A DNA stretch of 64,000 bases, from the NCBI GenBank assembly GCA_965208125.1, contig OZ242320.1, forward strand, positions 2,048,001 to 2,112,000. Reading direction: 5' to 3'. Every line of letters starts with the position of its first letter. Within the stretch, counting starts at the first letter, position 1. The notes below the pieces were generated by a model that saw only the letters and a program-made list of their open reading frames with translations, did not search any database and was not told the origin of the DNA. This DNA comes from Candidatus Latescibacterota bacterium. Its GTDB lineage: Bacteria; Latescibacterota; UBA2968. The position numbers and the translations under genes were made by a program. Below are positions 18,133 to 26,498 of this stretch, piece after piece.

Positions 18133-19184
18133 ATCGGTTGTCCAGTGAGCGGTACCTGAAATTTTGCACAGACCTGATTTTGAGACGTATTTTCAACTGT
18201 CAATTGCGCGGCTTCCCCAAATAAAAGGCGCAGACGTTCTCTGGTGTTTTGCAGGCCTATGCCGTCAGGTGTTGCGTTGTTTTTCATTTGACCGGTATTT
18301 ACAATGCAGACCGCCATCACAGTTTGCTGAAGGGTTGTCCGAATAGAGATTTCGCCACCATCTGGATGCTGTGCAATGCCGTGCCGGATGGCATTTTCGA
18401 CCAGAGTCTGTATGGTCATCGGGGGAATTTCGACTTGTCGTGTTTCCGGTGCGATGTCAAATTGATAACGCAACCTGTCTTCCAACTGGGTGGCTTCGAG
18501 TTGGAGATAGTTTTTCACAATTGCCAATTCCTCTTTCAACAGCACACTTCTGGTGCTGCTGACCTGTAGCGCGTATCGAAATAGCTCAGACAGTTTTGAG
18601 ATCATGTCGCGTGCTCGTGCGGGGTTTTCGATGACCAGAGCGCGGATATTGTTGAGGCTGTTAAAAAGAAAATGGGGATTTATCTGGGCTTTTAGTGCCA
18701 TCAATTCGGCTTCTTGAACCGCTGTTTGCAATTCCCATTTTTCGCGTTCTCCGCGTTTGGTTATGTCAAACATGGAGAATACGACATATAACAGCGACCA
18801 TATCCAGAGGATAAAGTTCGTGTTGAGTATTTGGATGCCATACAATTTCCAACGGAATTGTTCAATCGTAAGCGTCTCGTCTATATAAAGATAACCAAAG
18901 ATCTGAATGCTCTGGCTGATAATCGCAATGACAAGGTCGGCTATCAATACTCTGATAAAGAGTTTCCACAAAGACAGTGTGATCCAATGCCGCTTTTTGA
19001 ATATGGTTCTGAGCAGGTGTGTCCACAATAAAAGTTGTACAGATCCAAAAACGGTGATGCCCAAATTTTGTGCCGTAATGGTCTGAAAAGCAGACAAAAA
19101 AAATGTGTTGAGCAGGCCGTATATTCCCCATCCCAAAATCTGACAGGTCCAATACGCTTTGCTGTGGTTTTTGATCTCAGACAT
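18129..19184 (-). CDS. LytS/YehU-type membrane histidine kinase
   Basis: N-terminal TMs, LKAQINPHFLFNSLN, LVENAIRHG, GIGLQN; start MSEIK chosen to avoid overlap. Confidence 0.93.
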   Translation of the reverse strand: MSEIKNHSKAYWTCQILGWGIYGLLNTFFLSAFQTITAQNLGITVFGSVQLLLWTHLLRTIFKKRHWITLSLWKLFIRVLIADLVIAIISQSIQIFGYLYIDETLTIEQFRWKLYGIQILNTNFILWIWSLLYVVFSMFDITKRGEREKWELQTAVQEAELMALKAQINPHFLFNSLNNIRALVIENPARARDMISKLSELFRYALQVSSTRSVLLKEELAIVKNYLQLEATQLEDRLRYQFDIAPETRQVEIPPMTIQTLVENAIRHGIAQHPDGGEISIRTTLQQTVMAVCIVNTGQMKNNATPDGIGLQNTRERLRLLFGEAAQLTVENTSQNQVCAKFQVPLTGQPI

Positions 19185-19191
19185 GTTGTGC

Positions 19192-20109
19192 TCATCTGGG
19201 CGTCTGGGGTGCGGTCGTCTTGCGAGAGAGGAACGCATCAATGGTCGCAAAGTAACCCTCTGGGTCGTCCCACATAATAAAATGTTTGCCGGTGTCCGTC
19301 ATCCATATTTCGCAATTCTCAACATGATTGTACTGTTTTTGATACGCAGATAGTGAGCTTTCTCGCGTTGCGCCCTGAGATTGACCCGAAATCCAGGCTC
19401 CCAATACCAGGACAGGGGTTTGTATTTTTTTTATTTCGGTTCGCAAGTCTGTCAAAAATATTTCGTACATTGCTTGTGCAACTGTGTTTGGGTCCGAAGA
19501 TAGACTCCATACGACAGCCGTATCTATTTTTGCGGGGTCTGTGATCATCATTTTGAGCATAGATGGCGTTGCTTTTTCTCTTTGTTCAGGTGTTTGAGAG
19601 CGTATCCAGGCGCGTGTTTGTTCTGCTGGCACACGCATAAATTCAACTGTTGCTGCCGGGTTTTGTAGTGCGGGTAAAAAGGGTACTGCATCGACTATAA
19701 TAAGCGGTCCTGCGCTTTCGGGTATGCTTGCTGCAACCCACAATGATAGAAAACCACCCAAACTGTGTCCTGCAAGGATTGGTTTTTTAAGTTCGTTTTC
19801 CTGGATATATGCAATAAGCGCGTCTCTCATGGTTTGCAAATAGTGGTCTGTTTGCACGGAGGGCTGTCCGGCAAATCCCGCGAGTGTAAAGACATGGCAT
19901 TCAAAGCTGTTCTGGTATCGGCTGACTGTTTCGCGCCAGACGTCTCCAGAGCTACTTAGACCGGGAATTAAGATCATCGGATGCCCGGATCCCGTTATTT
20001 GTACTTTGAAAGGTTGTACATTATCTGTCTGAGCAGATGTGGGAATCGGTGTTAAGAGTGCAAGGCAGATCGCACTCATTTGCAATATGATGTGTTTCCA
20101 TTTTGACAT
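19192..20109 (-). CDS. Secreted alpha/beta hydrolase
   Basis: Signal peptide, LIPG, GHSLGG nucleophile elbow, HFIMWD. Confidence 0.9.
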   Translation of the reverse strand: MSKWKHIILQMSAICLALLTPIPTSAQTDNVQPFKVQITGSGHPMILIPGLSSSGDVWRETVSRYQNSFECHVFTLAGFAGQPSVQTDHYLQTMRDALIAYIQENELKKPILAGHSLGGFLSLWVAASIPESAGPLIIVDAVPFLPALQNPAATVEFMRVPAEQTRAWIRSQTPEQREKATPSMLKMMITDPAKIDTAVVWSLSSDPNTVAQAMYEIFLTDLRTEIKKIQTPVLVLGAWISGQSQGATRESSLSAYQKQYNHVENCEIWMTDTGKHFIMWDDPEGYFATIDAFLSRKTTAPQTPR

Positions 20110-20192
20110 GACATCCTCCTTTTGATGGTGAGTACTTCTCTTTTGTGATCAGTCAAAAGGTAGGCAGGAATCGCGTTCTGAGAAGCAAAAGA

Positions 20193-20225
20193 TGATAAGC
20201 GGTTAAAACAGGCTGATGAACGGTT
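20193..20225 (-). promoter_or_regulatory. LytTR-type direct-repeat binding site
   Basis: Minus strand ACCGTTCAT-N12-ACCGCTTAT upstream of the hydrolase-HK-LytTR operon. Confidence 0.7.
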
Positions 20226-20296
20226 CAACAGACGGGATGGATACGGGGCTTTTAGAGCGAGGATGGCGATTTCAATATATTGATGGAGATCAAGGA

Positions 20297-20821
20297 ATGA
20301 CTACTTTCTATCTTATTCGACATGGAGAATCCAGGCTGGATTTAGCTGCTGGTGGAAATCTCAAAGGCGCAGAAAGAGGTTGGTCAGCGCATATCATTCC
20401 GTTGACTGAAAAGGGGATCGGTCAGATTGAGAATGCTTCAAAGTCCCTGTCAACGGAAGATCCTCAGCTCATTATCTCGTCCCCAATGTCACGGGCACTC
20501 CAATCGGCTGCTATACTCAGCCGAATACTCGATCTTCCACTTCGAGTCGAGTTTGATCTGCACGAATGGATTTGCGGATGGCGCGATTCAATGGCGCTTG
20601 TGGGAGAAACAGAGGCAGAAATGCATGAGTTGGGAGGTGAGTGGCCTATAGGAGAGGCGAGAGATTGGGAGCCAATGTCCAGTGTGCGTGGTCGTGTTGG
20701 TCGGGTATTGGAACAATACCAGACCTTCCAGCGTGTTGTTGTTGTGTGTCATGAAACGGTTATTCTTTCGCTGACTGGAAAGAAGATGGGGTTTGCTGAA
20801 TTTGTAAAGTTAGAAAAGTAA
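20297..20821 (+). CDS. Histidine phosphatase (PGM) family protein
   Basis: YLIRHGES, SSPMSRALQS, VVVCH. Confidence 0.88.
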   Translation: MTTFYLIRHGESRLDLAAGGNLKGAERGWSAHIIPLTEKGIGQIENASKSLSTEDPQLIISSPMSRALQSAAILSRILDLPLRVEFDLHEWICGWRDSMALVGETEAEMHELGGEWPIGEARDWEPMSSVRGRVGRVLEQYQTFQRVVVVCHETVILSLTGKKMGFAEFVKLEK

Positions 20822-20832
20822 GTGTCCGAGTC

Positions 20833-21495
20833 CTACTGGTGTCTTATATTCCGTCCTTCACATATCACACGATGGAAAGCCTCCCACTCTTCTTCTGTCA
20901 AGTCAATGGCGACGACTTTTTCAGGATCGAAAATCTTCGGATTGGGATCGTTGCGAAATGCGTCGAGGTCAAATGGCTCGGACCATGATCGCGTGCCGGT
21001 TATCTGCTCTACGTAAATAATATCCCATTCGTCATTGTCTTTGAAGCGACCACGGCCTCTGATCTCCACATATTGTGTCGCCAGCCGACGCATGTCGTCG
21101 TTTAGTGCCGGATCGAAACGCAACGGCACGACTCTTTGCGGGATGTAATGCAACTCTGCTGTGCCATAAGCCCAGTTCACCGCCATAAGTCGTCCTTCCA
21201 CCAATGCAGACTCGTCCAGAACTGGCGGCTTTGTTTTGTCGGACTTCTGCTTTTCTTCTGTGGGACGGCCTGTAAACAGAGTCTCAACACTGAGGTTTTC
21301 GTTCAGGTCGGGCCATTGGATGCCTCCCCCGGTACATCGCCAGTTGCGTCTTTCTTTGGCGGTGGCGTGTGCGAGCCTGGGATACCACTTCAGAGGCACA
21401 GAGATGGTTCGCCCATCAGAGAGCGTTGCTGTTAGCGTATCTTCTGTCACTTCCACACGCTCAGCCTGCGGCATATCAATTGTCGGAATATTCAT
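20833..21495 (-). CDS. DUF2442-domain fusion protein, putative antitoxin (copy 1)
   Basis: LSDGRTISVPLKWYPRL..IQWPDLNENLSV DUF2442-like N-half; near-duplicate of 23287..23940. Confidence 0.75.
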   Translation of the reverse strand: MNIPTIDMPQAERVEVTEDTLTATLSDGRTISVPLKWYPRLAHATAKERRNWRCTGGGIQWPDLNENLSVETLFTGRPTEEKQKSDKTKPPVLDESALVEGRLMAVNWAYGTAELHYIPQRVVPLRFDPALNDDMRRLATQYVEIRGRGRFKDNDEWDIIYVEQITGTRSWSEPFDLDAFRNDPNPKIFDPEKVVAIDLTEEEWEAFHRVICEGRNIRHQ

Positions 21496-21720
21496 CTCAG
21501 GCCTCCATTATTGTACAACTTCTCAGAAGTCCATTCGAGATCACTATCTCCGCGTTTTTCTACGTGCGGTAGACAGTGCACTGTGCCTATGTCCTCGCTG
21601 CATTTACAAATATCTGCAATTTACCCGAAAAAACAGGGGCTTGCAATGGCGTTTTTGAATATAAAGTATATTATACTCAAAAATTCCTTTGAAGCTCTCT
21701 CACGATAAGGAGGTATAAAT

Positions 21721-22506
21721 ATGCGAATCGCCATCATCTCTGATATTCACGGAAATGCAGTGGCTTTAGAAGCTGTTTTGAACGATCTCAAAACAGAATC
21801 TGTTGATCACTTTGTGTGTCTGGGGGATACCGTCTCTGATGGTCCCCAACCATGTGAGGTTATTGCTCAGTTGAAATCTCTGAATGGTTCTGTTGTTATG
21901 GGGAATATGGACGTGTGGTGTCTTGATCCACGTCCTGGTAGGGGAAAGGGCGAGAATGCCAGGCGAGGGAATGAAGTTCGATTCTGGGATGTCCGTAAGC
22001 TTTCAACTGACGATCTTGACTACATGCGGACGTTCCAGGCAACGGTCGAAATACCTCTGGATGCGACTACCAATCTTCTTTGCTATCACGGTTCTCCACG
22101 ATCTAATGAAGATGCCATCGCTTCTCACACGCCAGATGAAGAGATGGAGCGCATGCTGTCTGGTTATCACGCGATGGTGTTGGCTGGGGGACATACGCAT
22201 ACACAGATGGTTCGTTATTATGCAGATAGCACGATCATCAATCCCGGGAGTGTTGGTGCGCCTGTTCCCGCACAGGATCGGATACGCCGGGTTCTCCGAG
22301 GTTCATTGGATGAGTCACACGATAGGGGATATCCTCCCTGGGCAGAATATGGCGTTATTGCCTGGGAGAATAAGAGCCTTCGTATTGAGTTACGCCGTGT
22401 GCTGATAGATATCGATTTGCTGGTAAGAAAAATGCGCGCGAGCGGAATGCCACATGCGGATTGGTGGATTCAAAATCGGTATCCCGGTGTGGTTTCCGAG
22501 GTGTAG
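21721..22506 (+). CDS. Metallophosphoesterase (calcineurin-like)
   Basis: SDIHGN, LGD, GN, HGSP, GHTH, NPGSVG; strong AGGAGG. Confidence 0.92.
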   Translation: MRIAIISDIHGNAVALEAVLNDLKTESVDHFVCLGDTVSDGPQPCEVIAQLKSLNGSVVMGNMDVWCLDPRPGRGKGENARRGNEVRFWDVRKLSTDDLDYMRTFQATVEIPLDATTNLLCYHGSPRSNEDAIASHTPDEEMERMLSGYHAMVLAGGHTHTQMVRYYADSTIINPGSVGAPVPAQDRIRRVLRGSLDESHDRGYPPWAEYGVIAWENKSLRIELRRVLIDIDLLVRKMRASGMPHADWWIQNRYPGVVSEV

Positions 22507-22534
22507 CTGATGGGTGGATGCAAAATTGGCTCAC

Positions 22535-22849
22535 TCATCTATCCAATTGGTCCCAATCAGGAGGTGTTTGGGCAGGGATTTGTTTGCTCATAACAGAGTC
22601 AAATGCTTCCAGAATTTCTCGTTTGTTTTTGCCCGCATATTGATTTTGAAAAAAGGCTGTGGTTTCGAGTTTGGCTATTTCACGTGCAAAAGCATAAATC
22701 GCAAACTGATTCATAGATACACCTACTACTTCATTTGATGCATTGTAATCAAGCACCATACCCGGCGAAACCTCTTCTGATTCAACGATAGCAGAGTCGT
22801 CAAGGCGCAGATAGAGTGCGTTGGCTTCCTTATCGACATGTAGTTTCAT
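22535..22849 (-). CDS. Chimeric DUF2283 / HicB-like antitoxin protein
   Basis: First 44 aa nearly identical to 60393..60593, then unrelated GVSMNQFAIYAFAREIA tail. Confidence 0.6.
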   Translation of the reverse strand: MKLHVDKEANALYLRLDDSAIVESEEVSPGMVLDYNASNEVVGVSMNQFAIYAFAREIAKLETTAFFQNQYAGKNKREILEAFDSVMSKQIPAQTPPDWDQLDR

Positions 22850-22855
22850 AATTCG

Positions 22856-23290
22856 TTATTCCTGTAACTGATCTGGTTGTGGTGCCGGTGCCTGGATGAG
22901 TTCCAGGTCGGGAATGTCGGAGAAGTCGTGATCGTGGGATGCAAGGGCGCAGCCCAGCATAATCGCGGTTGCAGCGATCCATGCATCTGATTCCCGCATT
23001 TCTCGCCCTGCAGCCTTTCGCTCGCTACGCAAGCGGGCACATGTGGTCACCAGTTCAGAGCTGGGCCAAATAATTTCGTACTGTTCGAGATAATGGGCGA
23101 GTTCGTTCTTTCGTCTGTCACCCCAACCTTTTGTGTACGCTCCGTACCAAAGCTCTTCCAATGTCTGGAATGAGATAAGCACGCGTTGGCCTTGAATCTG
23201 GTTCTGGTAATACAGTGCCCTGGTATCTTTATTGAAGATGTATGAAACGATATTGGTATCCAGGATTACCAACTTGAAGATTCCTTTCAC
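22856..23290 (-). CDS. PIN-domain (VapC-like) toxin
   Basis: ILDTNIVS, EEL, DAWIAATA, SHDHDF; GTG start overlaps upstream stop. Confidence 0.9.
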   Translation of the reverse strand: MKGIFKLVILDTNIVSYIFNKDTRALYYQNQIQGQRVLISFQTLEELWYGAYTKGWGDRRKNELAHYLEQYEIIWPSSELVTTCARLRSERKAAGREMRESDAWIAATAIMLGCALASHDHDFSDIPDLELIQAPAPQPDQLQE

Positions 23291-23940
23291 TCAACATCTC
23301 GGCCTTCGTGTATGACGCGGATGAACTCATCTACGTCGAAAGGTTCACTGACGGTAACGACCTTTTCGGGATCAAAAATCTTCGGATTGGGATCGTTGCG
23401 AAATGCGTCGAGGTCAAATGGCTCTGACCATGATCGCGTGCTGGTTATCTGCTCTACGTAAATAACATCCCATTCGTCATTGTCTTTGAAGCGACCACGG
23501 CCTCTGATCTCCACATATTGTGTCGCCAGCCGACGCATGTCGTCGTTTAGTGCTGGATCGAAACGCAATGGTACGACTCTTTGTGGAATGAAGTGCAGTT
23601 CCGCTGTCCCGCAAGCCCAGTTCACTTCCATCAGTCGTCCTTCCACCAATGCAGACTCGTCCAGAACTGGCGGCTTTGTTTTGTCGGACTTCTGCTTTTC
23701 TTCTGTGGGACGGCCTGTAAACAGAGTCTCAACACTGAGGTTTTCGTTCAGGTCGGGCCATTGGATGCCTCCCCCGGTACATCGCCAGTTGCGTCTTTCT
23801 TTGGCGGTGGCATGTGCGAGTCTGGGATACCACTTCAGAGGCACAGAGATGGTTCGTCCATCGGAGAGTACCGCCGTCAGCGTATCCTCGCTTACTTCCA
23901 CGCGCTCAGCCTGCGGCATGTCAATTGTCGGAATATTCAT
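23287..23940 (-). CDS. DUF2442-domain fusion protein, putative antitoxin (copy 2)
   Basis: As copy 1; translationally coupled to PIN toxin. Confidence 0.75.
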   Translation of the reverse strand: MNIPTIDMPQAERVEVSEDTLTAVLSDGRTISVPLKWYPRLAHATAKERRNWRCTGGGIQWPDLNENLSVETLFTGRPTEEKQKSDKTKPPVLDESALVEGRLMEVNWACGTAELHFIPQRVVPLRFDPALNDDMRRLATQYVEIRGRGRFKDNDEWDVIYVEQITSTRSWSEPFDLDAFRNDPNPKIFDPEKVVTVSEPFDVDEFIRVIHEGRDVE

Positions 23941-24045
23941 CTCATGCCTCCATATTGTGCAACTTCTCAGATGTCCATTCGAGATCACTGGATCCGCGTT
24001 TACAAATATCCGTAATTTAGACGAAAAAACAAGAGGTTATATGAC

Positions 24046-26475
24046 TTACTCATATCGCAAGGCGTCAATGGGATTGGATCGCGCTGCGCGAATGGCCTGC
24101 ATGCTCACGGTGCCAAAGGCGATGATGAGAGCTATTATCGCGCTTGCAACAAATGGCAATGCATTCAGGTCCGTCTGATAGGCAAATCCGGAGAGCCAGT
24201 TGCGCATGAGATAGTAAGCGATTGGCCAGGCGGTGAGATTGGCGAGCAGTATGAGCACTATAAATTCGCGGGAGAGTAGCAGGACCAGATGCGGTGTGGA
24301 TGCGCCCAGGACTTTCCGCACGCCGATTTCTTTGGTGCGAGATTGAACCATGAATACCGCCAGTCCGAACAGTCCCAAACACGCGACAAAAATTGCCAGT
24401 AGTGAAAACACGCCGAGCATTTTGCCAGTGAGTTGCTCATTGAAATAGATCCAATCTATCATCTCATCCAGGAAGTGATATTCAAAGGGTGCGTCTGACA
24501 CAAAGCGTTTCCACTGTGTTTCGAGAAAGGACAGGGTTTGCGCGGTGTTTTCTGGTCGGATGCGCAGGACCAGTGAAACAAACAGCCTCCAATCGCCTAT
24601 AAATCCCATGGGTGCGATTTCTTCTCGCAGCGTCAAGCTGTGGTAGTCTTTTACGACGCCTATTACTGTCAGGGAGCGGTTTCCATATGCTGGCAACAGA
24701 ATCTGCTTGCCAATCGGATTTTCTTCCCATCCGATCAGGCGCACGGCTGTTTCGTTCAAAATAATCGCTTGAAATGCATCGCTGGCAACATCGGCTGAAA
24801 AGGTGCGACCGCGAAGCACGGGGATTTTAAATGTTTCAAAAAATGAGTCGTCAACTTCGCTTATGCGAAATGTCCGTTCTTTTGTGCGGTCCCCCTCGGG
24901 CCAGACCAGTCGCAGTCGCCCACTGTATCCCGTGATGTCGAAACGCAGAGCCGATGCGCTGAGGATATTGGGGTGTTCGAGAAAGACCTGTTTGACCATC
25001 TGGTGGCGTGCCGAAAGGCGTTTATGGGGGAAGGGTTCGTGATCACGACCGTGAGCAAAGATGGGTAAACTCACAATGTGATCGCGTGCAAAACCCATAT
25101 CTTTGGTTTCTATAAATCGCAGTTGCTGATAGACTACGAGGGTGCAGATCACCAGCAAAATGGACATGCCGAACTGAAAAATCACGAGTCCTTTCTTCAG
25201 CCCTGTAGAACCCGATGAGGAAGACGACTTACTTTTTAGCACTGTGACCGGGCTAACAGAGGAGAGAAATAACGCTGGATACCATCCCGCCAGCAATCCG
25301 ACCAACAATGTGAATGCCAGTGCCGCTGGCGTACCTGCTATCGCTGTAGCCATGTTGAGGTGTAGATCTCCGCGCACAAATTGGTTGAATAAGGGCAAGA
25401 ATATCTCGACCAGTGCAAGGGCAATCAGCAGGGCAGCGCAGGTTAAAATCAGAGATTCAGTCAAGAACTGAACCATTAGTTGTGGGCGATGCGCGCCCAC
25501 GACTTTTCGCACGCCGACTTCGCGTTTGCGGGTGACAGCGCGTGCAGTTGCCAGGTTTGTAAAATTCACGCCTGCAATGACCACCACGATCAGCCCGATA
25601 GCCGTTAGCATGTAAATTTGTTGCATGGGGCTGTCGGCAGTTGGGTTAAAATCGGATTCGCCATACAGGTACACGCGATGCAGGGGCTGTAGATGATAGG
25701 TGTTTTTTGCCGCAACGTCATCCCCCATATACTGCACGATCAGCGACTGCATTTTTGTTTTTAGAGTTTCTGCGTTTTGTCCCGCTTTTAATAGTACGTA
25801 TGTGTTTACCGGCCGCCAGGATTGCCCGGGTAGCCACATTTTCCACAGCTCTGGTGTTCTTCCCGCGGAGGGTATTGTGGCTGTGAGCAAGTGAAAATAA
25901 AGCTCTGATGAGAGTTGTGGTGCCTTTACAATGCCGGTAACTGTGTACTCGCCCGGCATATAGCGATTGTCAACTGAAACTGTTTGGCCCATCGGGTCAG
26001 CATCGCCAAATAGGTGTTGCGCCATGTCGTCGGTAATGACCACAGAGTAGGGCAGGCGAAACGCGGTTTCTGGGTCGCCTTTTATGAGGGGAAAATCGAA
26101 TACGTCCAAAAAGTTGTCATCTACCAGCGCAAGGGTATATTGATTCTTGTGTTCGCCGTATTGTGCAGACACAAGCCACTGCCAGATACGCACGGTTGTT
26201 TCTACTTCGGGAAATGTTTCTTCCAATACAGGACCGAGTGCGCCTGATGTGCCTTCTGCGTATGTTGTTTGTGTACTGCCGCGTTGTTCCCTAATCACTT
26301 TGTAAATGCGGTCGCCCAGGGAGTGGGAGCGATTTACTACAAACTCTTGTTGGATATACAACAGGATCAAGATGCCACACGCCAGGCCGATGGCGAGGCC
26401 CAGTACATTGATGGCTGTGTACAATTTGTGCCGCATCAGATTGCGGATCGCAACGGTTAGATAATTTTTGATCAT
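24046..26475 (-). CDS. MacB/FtsX-family ABC permease (P5, subfamily A)
   Basis: 809 aa; family motifs. Confidence 0.95.
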   Translation of the reverse strand: MIKNYLTVAIRNLMRHKLYTAINVLGLAIGLACGILILLYIQQEFVVNRSHSLGDRIYKVIREQRGSTQTTYAEGTSGALGPVLEETFPEVETTVRIWQWLVSAQYGEHKNQYTLALVDDNFLDVFDFPLIKGDPETAFRLPYSVVITDDMAQHLFGDADPMGQTVSVDNRYMPGEYTVTGIVKAPQLSSELYFHLLTATIPSAGRTPELWKMWLPGQSWRPVNTYVLLKAGQNAETLKTKMQSLIVQYMGDDVAAKNTYHLQPLHRVYLYGESDFNPTADSPMQQIYMLTAIGLIVVVIAGVNFTNLATARAVTRKREVGVRKVVGAHRPQLMVQFLTESLILTCAALLIALALVEIFLPLFNQFVRGDLHLNMATAIAGTPAALAFTLLVGLLAGWYPALFLSSVSPVTVLKSKSSSSSGSTGLKKGLVIFQFGMSILLVICTLVVYQQLRFIETKDMGFARDHIVSLPIFAHGRDHEPFPHKRLSARHQMVKQVFLEHPNILSASALRFDITGYSGRLRLVWPEGDRTKERTFRISEVDDSFFETFKIPVLRGRTFSADVASDAFQAIILNETAVRLIGWEENPIGKQILLPAYGNRSLTVIGVVKDYHSLTLREEIAPMGFIGDWRLFVSLVLRIRPENTAQTLSFLETQWKRFVSDAPFEYHFLDEMIDWIYFNEQLTGKMLGVFSLLAIFVACLGLFGLAVFMVQSRTKEIGVRKVLGASTPHLVLLLSREFIVLILLANLTAWPIAYYLMRNWLSGFAYQTDLNALPFVASAIIALIIAFGTVSMQAIRAARSNPIDALRYE

Positions 26476-26498
26476 GAGAAGCTCCCTATCATTGTTCC

